In this document: one piece after another, positions 44,351 through 54,101 of the stretch | Layout of the letters: the number at the start of each line of letters is the position of its first letter | Numbering within the stretch: position 1 is the stretch's first letter | Assembly (NCBI GenBank): GCA_963805625.1 | Contig: CAWDVE010000017.1 | Span: 448,001 to 512,000 of the forward strand | From: an uncultured Candidatus Rokubacteria bacterium | GTDB taxonomy: Bacteria; Methylomirabilota; Methylomirabilia; Rokubacteriales; DASRDR01 | DNA length: 64,000 nt | Reading direction: 5' to 3' | Notes under the pieces: generated by a model | Told to the model about the DNA's origin: nothing | Database searches by the model: none | Seen by the model: the letters and a program-made list of their open reading frames with translations, nothing else | Position numbers and translations under genes: made by a program

Positions 44351-44650
44351 TCATGGCAATGACGATTTGATCGACTGCGAAGTGATGGATGCGGCGACCC
44401 CGAACCTGTCGCCGTGCGCGTCCACGCGGAGCACCTCGCCGACGCAGCTCAAGTGAAGCGGCCCGGGCTCGGAATACTCGAGGACGAGCGTGAAGCGGAT
44501 GGGCGCTCCGGCCGAATACCGCTCTTCGGTCTCGAAGTAGATACCCAATGCACTGATGTCACGCGTGAGCCCCTTCCCTTGCTCCGTCTCGACCGCGAGG
44601 CTGACCGGGTATCGCGGCATCCGCCGCCGCTCGATCCGGGCCTCTGACAT
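44351..44650 (-). CDS. Single-domain PilZ protein
   Basis: RRMPR (RxxxR) and DISALG (DxSxxG). Confidence 0.88.
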   Translation of the reverse strand: MSEARIERRRMPRYPVSLAVETEQGKGLTRDISALGIYFETEERYSAGAPIRFTLVLEYSEPGPLHLSCVGEVLRVDAHGDRFGVAASITSQSIKSSLP

Positions 44651-44800
44651 GACGTGCACTCTAGGGAATGGCGGGCGCCGGGAGAATCCCCGGAAAGGTA
44701 GGATTTTCTATATCCCGGAGATAGAGGCCCCTCGGGTTCGGCAGATCAGCCGGAAGCGGAGGGGACCGGAGGGGAGGGGCGCCGGGCGGAGCCCGGGAGG

Positions 44801-45439
44801 CTAGAGGAGCCCCTTCTCCCGGGCGTAGTGGGTCAGGGCGACGCGGCCGTCGATCCCGAGCTTCTCGTAGATGTTGTGGAGGTGGACCTTTGCGGTCCCC
44901 TCGCTGATGTGGAGCCGGTCGGCGATGGCCTGGGTGCGGAGGCCCTGAGCCGCGAGCCGGACGATCTCGATCTCGCGGGGCGTCAGGACCGAGGACACGT
45001 CGCGGAACCCCGCTTCCCGGCGGAGCATCTTGTCGAGGGCCATGGTCAGGGAGCGCCGCTCGATCCACTGCTCGCCGGCGGCCACCTTTCGGACGCACTC
45101 CACGAGCATCTGGGGCGCCATCTCCTTCAGGACGACCCCCTTGACCCCGAGGCGCACCGCCTCGAGCACGTCGTCCTCCCCAAGCGCCGCCGTCAGGAGC
45201 ACGATCCGCGTCGGGAGGCTCTCCCCCTGGAGCTCCCGGATCACCTGGAGCCCGTCCGGGGCCGGCATGCGGATGTCGAGCAGGAGAACGTCCGGCCGGT
45301 GCTGGCGGACGGCGCGGAGCGTCTCGGCGCCGTCCTGGCAGCGGGCGACGACCGCGAAGTCCTTCTGCGCGCGGAACAGCTGCTCGAGCCCGTCGAGCAC
45401 GATCGGGTGGTCGTCGGCGAGGACGAGCCTAACCGGCAC
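44801..45439 (-). CDS. NarL/LuxR family response regulator
   Basis: LADDHPIV, LLDIRMP, LTPREIEI...AKVHLHNIYEKLG. Confidence 0.95.
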   Translation of the reverse strand: MPVRLVLADDHPIVLDGLEQLFRAQKDFAVVARCQDGAETLRAVRQHRPDVLLLDIRMPAPDGLQVIRELQGESLPTRIVLLTAALGEDDVLEAVRLGVKGVVLKEMAPQMLVECVRKVAAGEQWIERRSLTMALDKMLRREAGFRDVSSVLTPREIEIVRLAAQGLRTQAIADRLHISEGTAKVHLHNIYEKLGIDGRVALTHYAREKGLL

Positions 45440-47138
45440 GGCGAGCTCCCAGGCGCTCGAGAGGCAGGACGATCTCCAGGCGGACGCCCTGCTCGCTTGA
45501 GTCGACCGTGAGGGACCCGCCGAGCCCGTCGACGCGGGACCAGAGGGTGACCGGCCCCGCTCCGGGAGCCGCGAGTGCGGCGTGATCGCGGCGGCCGTGG
45601 AACGAAAGGCCGCGGCCGTCGTCCACGACCAGGAGGCGCACGCGGCCTTCCCGCGCCTCGGCGCGCACGTCGACCGTCTTCGCCCTGCCGTGGCGGGCCG
45701 CATTGACCAGGGCCTCCTGAACCATGAACTGGACGGCCCGGGCGAGCTCCCGCGGAAGCCGGGCCAGCCCGGGGTCCGCCTCGAGGGTGACCCGGAGTCC
45801 CCACTGCCGCTCGACCCGGCGGCACAGCTCCTCGAGCCGCCCGGCCAGCGTAGTCTCCGGGGGTGCGGCGCCCGCAGGGGCCGGCTTGAGGTCCCGGAGA
45901 AGCGTGCGGAGGTCGCGCTGCTCGGCGGAGAGGAGGCGCTGGACGTCGCGGAGGCGCCCGGCGGCATCCGCCTGGTCGGTGGCGATGAGGCCCCGGGCCA
46001 CCTCGATCTGGAGCCCCGCCGCGGTCAGCGCCTGGAGGAGACCGTCGTGGAGGTCGCGGGCCAGCCCGATCCTTGCGTCCGTCTCCGACGCCTCCCCGAG
46101 CCGCTCCATCAAGCGGAACTGCTCCATACGCGCCGTCACCTGGCGCGCCACCACCTCCCCAAGGATGAGGTCGTCGGAGGTCGGCGAGCGCTTGTCCAGG
46201 ACGAAGAGCCAGCCCCGGACGACCTCGCCGCGCAGGGGCAGCGCCACCACGGAACGGATGCCGAATCGGGCGCACAGGTCGGCGTGGAGCGGGGTGCCCG
46301 TCCAGGAGCCCGACTGACCCCGCGCGACCTGGAAGACGCGGGGAGCCGGCGCCGTGGCGTCGCCGCAGAGGAAGTCCGCGCCCTGGAGCGGCGGGGCCAC
46401 CAGTGGCTCGAAGATGCCCGGCGCCTCCCGGGTCCACTGGAGGCCGTCGGGCGACCACGCCGCGACGTGCCGCCATGGCTCCTCGGGGTCATCCCACACG
46501 AGGAGAGTTCGGGGTGCCTCCATCGTGCTGGCGGCCTGGGTCAGGGCCTCCCCGATCAGCGCAGCGCCCTCGTGGGGGACGACGGCCGGCCATGCAGCCA
46601 GTCGGGCAATCTCCCCGCGGAGCCGGCGCTCGTAGGCGCCCAGATACCCGATGAGCACGGCGACCACCGCCAGGTAAACGCTCCGGACGATGAAGTGGTT
46701 CAGCTCGAAGCGCGGATCTCGCTCGATCTCGCCCGCATGGAACCCCATCGCCAGGAAGAGGACCACCGCCGCTAGGGCCGTCCACAGGGTGCCCGGCCCG
46801 CCCCAGCGGAGCGTGGCCGCCACGATGGCGAAAACGAAGAGCGCGAAGAAGGGGCTCGTCGGCCCCTCGGTGAGGTACATGACCAGGGTGAAGACCGCGA
46901 GGTCGAAGGCGTGGGTGGCCAGCCGCAGGCGAATCGCCGCCGGGTCGGCGAGCCACGTCGCCGCGGCCATGATCGCGGCGTAGACGACGTAGACCGTCAG
47001 GACGAGGGAGGCCGCCCGAGCGTCCTTGATGGGCGCGGTCGGGTCGAGCCAGAGCGCCAGGAGGGCGGACGCGGCCAGCACGACGCGCCCAGCGGCGATG
47101 AGCCGCTCCGCCCGGCCCTGGGGGGAATACTGGATCAC
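45429..47138 (-). CDS. Membrane sensor histidine kinase (HisKA_3)
   Basis: TM helices, GAF-like domain, LARDLHDG, QEALVNAARH, DDGRG. Confidence 0.93.
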   Translation of the reverse strand: MIQYSPQGRAERLIAAGRVVLAASALLALWLDPTAPIKDARAASLVLTVYVVYAAIMAAATWLADPAAIRLRLATHAFDLAVFTLVMYLTEGPTSPFFALFVFAIVAATLRWGGPGTLWTALAAVVLFLAMGFHAGEIERDPRFELNHFIVRSVYLAVVAVLIGYLGAYERRLRGEIARLAAWPAVVPHEGAALIGEALTQAASTMEAPRTLLVWDDPEEPWRHVAAWSPDGLQWTREAPGIFEPLVAPPLQGADFLCGDATAPAPRVFQVARGQSGSWTGTPLHADLCARFGIRSVVALPLRGEVVRGWLFVLDKRSPTSDDLILGEVVARQVTARMEQFRLMERLGEASETDARIGLARDLHDGLLQALTAAGLQIEVARGLIATDQADAAGRLRDVQRLLSAEQRDLRTLLRDLKPAPAGAAPPETTLAGRLEELCRRVERQWGLRVTLEADPGLARLPRELARAVQFMVQEALVNAARHGRAKTVDVRAEAREGRVRLLVVDDGRGLSFHGRRDHAALAAPGAGPVTLWSRVDGLGGSLTVDSSEQGVRLEIVLPLERLGARRAG

Positions 47139-47261
47139 GCGTCACCTCCGCCGTGCTGCAGGACGGCCTTCGCCCACCGACGCACGCGGTCGATGGCGGA
47201 CCGATTATCGCCGAGACCGAGCCCTGTCTCGAAGAAGCGCGTTGGGAACGACCCCGCGCAG

Positions 47262-47328
47262 TGTCCTCGAGCGAGACGGTCCGGGCTCCAGACTCCTTCG
47301 ACCGCCGGACGTAGCCGACGGCGATCAT
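47262..47328 (-). pseudogene. Serine recombinase N-terminal stub
   Basis: MIAVGYVRRSKESGARTVSLED. Confidence 0.55.
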
Positions 47329-47488
47329 GGGCGCCGGCCCTGCGCACGAGCCTGTGCCCGCAGGCGAGCCTCGGCTACGACCTCCAGGCCACGGCCCAGC
47401 TCAAGACATTCGACTGAGCGGGTACGTGCGAGCCGTCCGCTCTGCTCCCTATCCCTACGCGCGGCGTCCGGCCGGCCGCCGGACCGCG

Positions 47489-49411
47489 TCAGTGGGCATA
47501 GGTCACGCGGATGACCTCGTCGACCGTGATGATTCCTGCCGCCACCTTGCGCAGCCCTGCGTCGCGCAGGGTTCGCATCCCCTGCGCGATCGCGATGTCC
47601 CTGATGTCGCGCGCCGACCGGCGCTGGACGACCGCCTCCTGGACCTCGGGAGTGATCTCGAGGAACTCGGCCACGACGGTGCGGCCCCGGTACCCAGTCC
47701 CGGCGCAGTTCGAGCACCCCCGGCCGGCCTGGAGCTTGAGCTTGGCCGCTTCCTCGGGCTTGAATCCGATGTCCAGCAGGGCCCCCATGGACACGGTCGT
47801 CGTGTCCCGGCACTCGAGGCAGATCTTCCGGCACAGGCGCTGGGCGACCACGAGGAGCAGGCACGAGGAGACGAGGAACGGCGCGACGTCCATGTCGAGC
47901 AGCCGAGTCACCGTGCTCGGCGCGTCGTTGGTGTGGAGCGTCGAGAACACGAGATGCCCGGTCAGGGCGGCGCGAATGGCGATCTGCGCCGTCTCGGTGT
48001 CCCGCATCTCGCCCACCAGGATCACGTCCGGATCCTGCCGGAGAAACGAGCGCAGCGCGGTCGTGAACGACAGGCCGATGTCCTCCCGCACGTGCACCTG
48101 CTTGATCCGCGGCAGCTTGTACTCGACGGGATCCTCGGCCGTCAGGATGTTGATCTCCGGCGAGTTGATGGTGGACACGGCCGCGTACAGGGTGGTGGAC
48201 TTGCCGCTTCCCGTCGGCCCGGTGACGAGGATCATGCCGTGGGGTGCGCGGATGAGGCGCCGGAGGCGGTCGAGGTCGTCGTCCTCGAACCCGAGCCGGA
48301 CCAGGTCCAGGACGACTCGCGACTTGTCGAGGATCCGCAGGACGATGCTCTCGCCGAAGATCGTGGGCAGGGACGAGACGCGCAGGTCGATCTCGCCGTG
48401 CGCGAGCCGCACCGTGATCCGGCCGTCCTGCGGCAGGCGCCGCTCTGCGATGTCCATCCTGGACATGACCTTGACTCGCGAGAGGATGGCCGGCTCCATC
48501 TGCTTCGGGGGCTGGATGGCGTCGTGCAGCACGCCGTCGATGCGGTACCGGACGTTGAAGGTATCCTCGCCCGGCTCTAGGTGGATGTCCGAGGCGTGTT
48601 TGCCGATCGCGTCGGCGAGGATCAGGTTCACGAGCCGGATGACCGGCGCCTGCTTGGCTCCCTCCTCGAGCTCCGTGATGTCGACCTTCCGGGCCCACTC
48701 AATCACCTGGATGGAGTCGGCGTCCGGCCGCTGGTCGACCTTGAACAGGGCGTCGATCTTGGCCTGGTAGTCGATGTGGTAGTGTTTGCTGAGGCTCGCG
48801 CGGATCGCGGCGGTCGGGGCCAGCACGGGGACTACCCGCAGACCGGTGGCGAACTGGATGTCGTCAATGGCGGACAGGCTGGTCGGATCAGACAGAGCGA
48901 GCGTCAGGGTGTCGTCGACCCGGCGGACGGGGAACACGTGGTACCGCTGCGCGATCTCGCGCCGGACGAGCGTCAGGGTCTCCTCCGGGATGTCAAGCGC
49001 CTCGAGGTTGACGATCGGGATGCCGTACCGGTGGCTGAGCCAGGAGAACAGTTGATTCTCGTTGAGGAACCCGAGCCGGGTGAGCACGGGCCCCACACCC
49101 TCCCCGGTTTTCCGCTGTTCCACGGCCGCCTGCTGGGCCTGCTCCGTCGTGAGCGTGCCCTCCGCGACCAGAATCTCCAAGAGCCGTGGTACCCCGGTCG
49201 CCAGGCGCCGCCATTCGCGTGCCTCTCGCACGTCCGATCCCGCTACCAGCGTCTCGTTGGCTATGCCGTCGCCCCGCGATGCCGTGTCCACGGGCGCTCT
49301 GGCGGCTCCGGCCCGCCGCTCACGTAGCATCCTCCGGACCAATACAACCGCCAGGCCCAGCGTGGCCAGGAAGGCCGTGATGAGGACGAAGGTTAGGAGA
49401 TATGGGTCCAT
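47489..49411 (-). CDS. pilB: PilB/GspE-type assembly ATPase with N-terminal TM segment
   Basis: ASDIHLEP, PQDGR, GPTGSGKST, LRQDPD, tetra-Cys motif, GYRGR; MshEN-like N-domain. Confidence 0.9.
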   Translation of the reverse strand: MDPYLLTFVLITAFLATLGLAVVLVRRMLRERRAGAARAPVDTASRGDGIANETLVAGSDVREAREWRRLATGVPRLLEILVAEGTLTTEQAQQAAVEQRKTGEGVGPVLTRLGFLNENQLFSWLSHRYGIPIVNLEALDIPEETLTLVRREIAQRYHVFPVRRVDDTLTLALSDPTSLSAIDDIQFATGLRVVPVLAPTAAIRASLSKHYHIDYQAKIDALFKVDQRPDADSIQVIEWARKVDITELEEGAKQAPVIRLVNLILADAIGKHASDIHLEPGEDTFNVRYRIDGVLHDAIQPPKQMEPAILSRVKVMSRMDIAERRLPQDGRITVRLAHGEIDLRVSSLPTIFGESIVLRILDKSRVVLDLVRLGFEDDDLDRLRRLIRAPHGMILVTGPTGSGKSTTLYAAVSTINSPEINILTAEDPVEYKLPRIKQVHVREDIGLSFTTALRSFLRQDPDVILVGEMRDTETAQIAIRAALTGHLVFSTLHTNDAPSTVTRLLDMDVAPFLVSSCLLLVVAQRLCRKICLECRDTTTVSMGALLDIGFKPEEAAKLKLQAGRGCSNCAGTGYRGRTVVAEFLEITPEVQEAVVQRRSARDIRDIAIAQGMRTLRDAGLRKVAAGIITVDEVIRVTYAH

Positions 49412-49573
49412 CTGTCGGGTGTCACCTATCGGACGCCGAGCGCCAAAGCCATCTCGCCGACCCTCCGCGCGAACTTCCGTGCACGCGTCTCAGAGGCTGT
49501 GGCTGTGGCCATGCACATATCGTACCCGTCTCGAACCCGCCGCAACCCGATGCCTACCCTGTCAAGTTTCCCC

Positions 49574-49618
49574 TTATTCGGGCGAATTCGGGTCTCATTA
49601 TTCGGGCGAATTCGGGTC
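49574..49618 (+). repeat. 21-bp direct repeat, period 24 (four ATTCGGG heptamers)
   Basis: ttattcgggcgaattcgggtc at 49574 and 49598. Confidence 0.9.
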
Positions 49619-49701
49619 GCCATTTCCGACGGCCTAGAGATGTGCATCCTCTTTAGGGAATTAGCTGCAAGCAGCCATGGAGTGGTTAAAGACCAGTTCA
49701 C

Positions 49702-49717
49702 TGGCGCGACTACTGCA
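49702..49717 (+). promoter_or_regulatory. Probable sigma54 promoter of the pilin operon
   Basis: TGGCGCGACTACTGCA (GG-N10-GC). Confidence 0.6.
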
Positions 49718-49774
49718 CTGACGCCGAGTTCGGGGGCCTCGCTTATTGCGGGCACCCTCGAGGAGAGTCAGACC

Positions 49775-50263
49775 ATGGAATTGCTCAGCGACCGGCGGTG
49801 GATTGGCGGAACGCGTACTGCCACCGGTACCGCCGGCGATGCAGGGGTGACTCTCGTCGAGCTGATGATGGTGCTCGCCCTCCTCGCCCTCCTCGGCTTC
49901 GCATCGATGCTCGCCCTTGGCAACGTCCGGGAGATCACACGCACGAAGGGAGCCGCCGAGCAGGTGGCGAGCGCGATCCAGCAGACCCGCTCCTACGCTG
50001 TGATGCACACGGCCTCGTACGAAGTCACCTTCCCCGGCAACAACCAGATCACGATCGCGTGCGTGGCCAACTGCAGCGTAAGCCCACCGGGCGACGGACC
50101 GACCCCCGTTGTGCACGAGCTGACCGTCACTCCCCCGGGAACGCCGATCCGGTTCACCTCCACCGGCGCCTCGAACGGCGGCTCGATCGTCGTCAATCCC
50201 GGAACCGATCAGAAGACCGTCTCGGTCACGCTGGCCGGTCGGGTCGACATCACCCCGCCATAG
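49775..50263 (+). CDS. Minor pilin, FimT/GspH-like
   Basis: G|VTLVELMMVL class III signal; VSVTLAGRV tail. Confidence 0.88.
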   Translation: MELLSDRRWIGGTRTATGTAGDAGVTLVELMMVLALLALLGFASMLALGNVREITRTKGAAEQVASAIQQTRSYAVMHTASYEVTFPGNNQITIACVANCSVSPPGDGPTPVVHELTVTPPGTPIRFTSTGASNGGSIVVNPGTDQKTVSVTLAGRVDITPP

Positions 50264-50274
50264 GAAGCACCGCG

Positions 50275-50667
50275 GTGCAGGGCCTTCGGAACCGGTCAGG
50301 GCTGACCCTCGTCGAGGTGCTCCTCGCCGTCATGCTGATCGGGGTCGCCCTCATCGCGCTGGCCGCCGCCTTCCCGCCCGCCTTCTACGCCGTCCACGGC
50401 GGACGCCATCTCACCACGGCCGCCGCGCTCGACCAGGAGGTCATCGAGGGCGCCAAGCGGCTCGCGTTCACCGCCGTGACCGCCACGAACCTGGCCACCC
50501 TTTATCCCTCGCCGCCGACCGGGTATGCGGGCTACACGCGGGTGATCCAGGTCGACGACATCGTCGAGGGTGGAGCCGTGGTCATGAAGCGGGTGACCGT
50601 GCGGACGACGTACACGCTGTATGGCGGCCAGTCGAACGTGTCGATGGTGACGCTCATTGCGCGCTGA
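50275..50667 (+). CDS. Minor pilin, PilV-like
   Basis: G|LTLVEVLLA. Confidence 0.88.
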   Translation: MQGLRNRSGLTLVEVLLAVMLIGVALIALAAAFPPAFYAVHGGRHLTTAAALDQEVIEGAKRLAFTAVTATNLATLYPSPPTGYAGYTRVIQVDDIVEGGAVVMKRVTVRTTYTLYGGQSNVSMVTLIAR

Positions 50668-51319
50668 GCGGCCCACGGACCGGGGCCTCTCCCCGCGCGG
50701 CACGGGACGCGGGCAGGCCGGCACCACGCTGCCCGAGCTCCTGATCACGCTGGTTGTGTTCAGCATCGTCATGCTCGTGGTCATCGTCCTGTGGCAGCAG
50801 AGCCAGCAGGCCTACTTCCACGGCGCGACGGCCGCCGAGCTCCAGCAGAACGCCCGGGTTGCGCTCGAGCAGATGACCCGCGAGGTGCGGCAGGCCGGCT
50901 ACGATCCCTGTCGATACATGAGCACGACCTGCGGCACCACGAGCGCCTTCGATCCGGTCGTCGCGGGCGTGTTTCCCATCCAGGCGTTCAACGCGACGAG
51001 CCTCTGGGTGCGCGCGGACCGGAACCGGAACGGTGACGTGACGCCGGGGGTGGGGAACCCTGACGAAAACATATGCTTTCGCCTGGCCGGCGGCCAGATT
51101 CTGCGGAAGACCACGGGTGTGGACTGCACCTCCGGCGGCGTCGAGCTCGCCCGGAACATCAACGCGCTGACCCTCACCTATTTCAAGGCGAACGGAACTG
51201 CCGCCACCGTCTGGTCCGACATCCGGATGGTCCGGATCAGCATCTCCGCGCAGGAGATGTTCATGGGCGCGCCCGTGACCGTGACGCTGCGCTCGGATGT
51301 ACGCCTCCGCGACCGATAG
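50657..51319 (+). CDS. Minor pilin, PilW-like
   Basis: G|TTLPELLI; QQNARVALEQMTREVRQAGY. Confidence 0.88.
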   Translation: MRAERPTDRGLSPRGTGRGQAGTTLPELLITLVVFSIVMLVVIVLWQQSQQAYFHGATAAELQQNARVALEQMTREVRQAGYDPCRYMSTTCGTTSAFDPVVAGVFPIQAFNATSLWVRADRNRNGDVTPGVGNPDENICFRLAGGQILRKTTGVDCTSGGVELARNINALTLTYFKANGTAATVWSDIRMVRISISAQEMFMGAPVTVTLRSDVRLRDR

Positions 51320-51344
51320 CCAAACCGGAACAGGGGAGACTGCG

Positions 51345-52802
51345 ATGCCACGCAACGCCTGGAAGCGTCACGGGGTGAGGGACGAGCAGGGAACGATCCT
51401 CGTGGTGACCGTCGTCGCCATGCTGATCCTCGGCATCCTGGCGATCTCGTTCGCCGCCCTCGGGAACCTCGAGGTGCGCATCGGCATGAACGACGTCTGG
51501 GACAAGCAGGCGGGTCTCGTCGCCGAGGGCGGCATCTCAGCCGTACGGAACCAGATCCAGACTCCCCCGGACTACACCGCCTTCTTGGACGGGCGCGTCT
51601 ACAGCTGCACGACGTCGTCCTGCTCCTGTAGCACGGGGTGCGCGATCGCCGGCCTCGCCACGATGCCGACGGGCGAGTTCTCGGTGCGGATCGACAACGA
51701 CCCCGACGATCCGTCCGGCTCGACCACCGTGGACGGCAACAAGCGGGTCATCCTCACGGCGCTCGGGATCACGCGCGGCGCCACGGGCAACGTCATGGGT
51801 CGGAGCCGGATCCGGGCCTGGCTCACCAACGACGATCCGTGGGACCACGTCTGCGCGAGCGGCGAACCCAACCCACTCTGTACCGAACCGCCCAACAACC
51901 CGAACGCCAACATCAACCCGCCCGACCCCAACGACCCGAACGGACCCCGTGCGTATCCTGAGATCCCCCGGCCGAGCGACATCCGGTGCACCCCGTCCGT
52001 GGGCGGCGCCCTGGGGTTGGGGGCGGGTAGTCCGTATCCGGTGCCCGCCGGACTGAGCAATGCCCAGGTGCCGGCGGCTCCCCGGGGCCCGTGCGTGATG
52101 TACCCGTACTACGAGATCGCGCTCACGACCCCCTGCACCGCGTGTAACCCGCAGACGTCTGCGTACCATCCGATCGCGTGCCCCACCGGGGACGCGTGCC
52201 TCGGCATGGTGCGTTTCGACGCGGACCTGGACATCCGGAACGGGACCTCGAACACCAACCGGCTCGGGGTCACCGGCAACACGCTTTCGGGCACGCTCTA
52301 CGTCACAGGCAAGGTGCGGGCGCAATCCCAGATCGGCACGATCCTCGGCACCCTCATCCTGCACGGTGGGGGCGATCCCGGCACCGGCGGGTCCCAGACC
52401 GATTTCGCCCTGGCCGGACCCCACACGGTCACGACCCAGGGGCCGGCGTGCCTCCCGAACTGCGCCTACCCGTTCGCGGTTCTGGCGTACAACCCGAACG
52501 AGCCGGCCCCGCCCGGCCAGACGATCGTCCTCGACATCAGCAATTCGGGCGTGGTCATCACCGGGACGGTGTACACGGGCGGTACGGTGGACTTCGGACC
52601 GAACACCATCACCGGGTCGATCCTCGCGCAGGTCGTCCACGCCAACAACGCGGCGACGCAGTTCCAGTACTCGTCGGCCTACGAGAACTACCTGCCGCCG
52701 CCGGGGTTCACCACGCCCTCGGTGACCCTGCCCTCGGTGGTCGCCCGGGGGACGTGGATCCAGTGCCTTACGGCGGACAACCTCACCGATCCCTGTGACT
52801 GA
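51345..52802 (+). CDS. PilX/GspK-like large minor pilin with Cys-rich tip domain
   Basis: DEQG|TILVVT (no Glu5), AEGGI. Confidence 0.85.
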   Translation: MPRNAWKRHGVRDEQGTILVVTVVAMLILGILAISFAALGNLEVRIGMNDVWDKQAGLVAEGGISAVRNQIQTPPDYTAFLDGRVYSCTTSSCSCSTGCAIAGLATMPTGEFSVRIDNDPDDPSGSTTVDGNKRVILTALGITRGATGNVMGRSRIRAWLTNDDPWDHVCASGEPNPLCTEPPNNPNANINPPDPNDPNGPRAYPEIPRPSDIRCTPSVGGALGLGAGSPYPVPAGLSNAQVPAAPRGPCVMYPYYEIALTTPCTACNPQTSAYHPIACPTGDACLGMVRFDADLDIRNGTSNTNRLGVTGNTLSGTLYVTGKVRAQSQIGTILGTLILHGGGDPGTGGSQTDFALAGPHTVTTQGPACLPNCAYPFAVLAYNPNEPAPPGQTIVLDISNSGVVITGTVYTGGTVDFGPNTITGSILAQVVHANNAATQFQYSSAYENYLPPPGFTTPSVTLPSVVARGTWIQCLTADNLTDPCD

Positions 52803-52928
52803 CCGGTCCCCCTGTCCGGCGGCATCGCGACCAGCGCGATCACCTCGTCGCTCTCGGGGGCAACCACGCCGTCACTGCGGGCTACAGCGGTGACACGAAC
52901 TTTCATGGTAGCAGTAGCGACAAGCAAC

Positions 52929-53313
52929 ATGAGCATCCCCCAGGTGGTCCAGTACATATTTGCCGGGTTCTACCCGCCGGTGGACAACGAGCCGACCCTC
53001 AACAAAGCCAATCCTGGCCAGGCCATCCCGCTCAAGTTGCGGCTCACCGACGCGAGCGGTGTCGGGTTCTCGAACCCGGCGAGCTTCGTCAACCTCAGCG
53101 CGGCGCCAGTGACTTGTGGCAATTGGGTGGTCAACCCTGACTCAGCCATCGAGGAGTATGCGGCAGGGAATTCCGGCTTGCAGTACCAAGGGAACGGCAA
53201 GTGGCAAATTCAACTGGAAGACGCCCAAGGAGTATGCCCAATGCTGGCTAATGCTGATGATGCTGAACCTCTCGGATGGATCCCAGCATTTCGCGGACTT
53301 CCAGTTCAGGTAG
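52929..53313 (+). pseudogene. Stand-alone PxKF domain, frameshift near 53207
   Basis: GFYPPVDN...GQAIPLKLRL, then FNWKTPK...LSDGSQHFADFQFR in another frame. Confidence 0.75.
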
Positions 53314-53326
53314 GAGGGCGTCGGGT

Positions 53327-53836
53327 ATGAGCGGTGAGATGAGCCCTGACGCCGCACCACCGCGGTGGGTGGTCGTGACGCGACCAGACCGGCCGGGTCT
53401 TCTGGATGAGCTCGCGTGGCGCTACCGGCACGCCCCGTGGGTGGAGGTGTTCGCCGACCGGCGCCGTGGGGAGCGGCGGCGGCGCCAGGAGCCGGGCGCG
53501 TCCGAACTCCGAATGGGCGAGCGACGCGGCGTGCCCGCTGACCGGACCTACACGCCTGCCTTCCGGCTCGTGCGCCAGGGCGACGGGTTCGACGTGTACG
53601 AGGCGAATGGCTACACGTCCGCACGATGTCCGGAATGCGGCGCGATGGCGGTGTTCGAGATGCCGCGCTCGGGCGAGCCGCCGGGGCGCCTCAATTTACA
53701 CGTCGTGCACGACCCCGTGCCCTTGGAGCTGCAGCACCGCGCGCGCCATATCGTGGAGCTGACCCTGTACACGTTCGGCGGCCGTCCGCTCCTGGCCTCC
53801 CGCATCTTCGCGCGGACGCGGGTCGACGTCACGTGA
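53327..53836 (+). CDS. Hypothetical protein (DRRxxERR + CPEC), paralog of 39603-40112
   Basis: AGGAGG RBS overlapping the PxKF stop; aligns with the first copy. Confidence 0.85.
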   Translation: MSGEMSPDAAPPRWVVVTRPDRPGLLDELAWRYRHAPWVEVFADRRRGERRRRQEPGASELRMGERRGVPADRTYTPAFRLVRQGDGFDVYEANGYTSARCPECGAMAVFEMPRSGEPPGRLNLHVVHDPVPLELQHRARHIVELTLYTFGGRPLLASRIFARTRVDVT

Positions 53837-54101
53837 TCGCCGCCCCCGGGGGCCCAAGGATTGGAAGGGAGTGGACCAAGTCGGTGCCCAGGATGCCGGT
53901 GACCTCTGGCCGCCGAGCCAGCTGATGGCGGACCTTGGTCAGCAGCTTCTGAGCGGTATGGGTCCACGGACCGGTTGAGCCCGTCTTACGAGGTCACGCT
54001 CAGTCCGGCCCCTACCGGAAGCGATCGATTTTCCTCTTGACACACCGTTCCAACCTTCATTTCCGGACCGCGGGGCAACTGCGGCTGCTACCGTGATCTC
54101 C

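Noticed and set aside
52800-52930. TGA readthrough (selenocysteine) fusing PilX to the in-frame PxKF ORF
   Set aside because: The frame is open after the stop, but no convincing SECIS is visible, PilX has a natural-looking end, and short open frames are common at this GC
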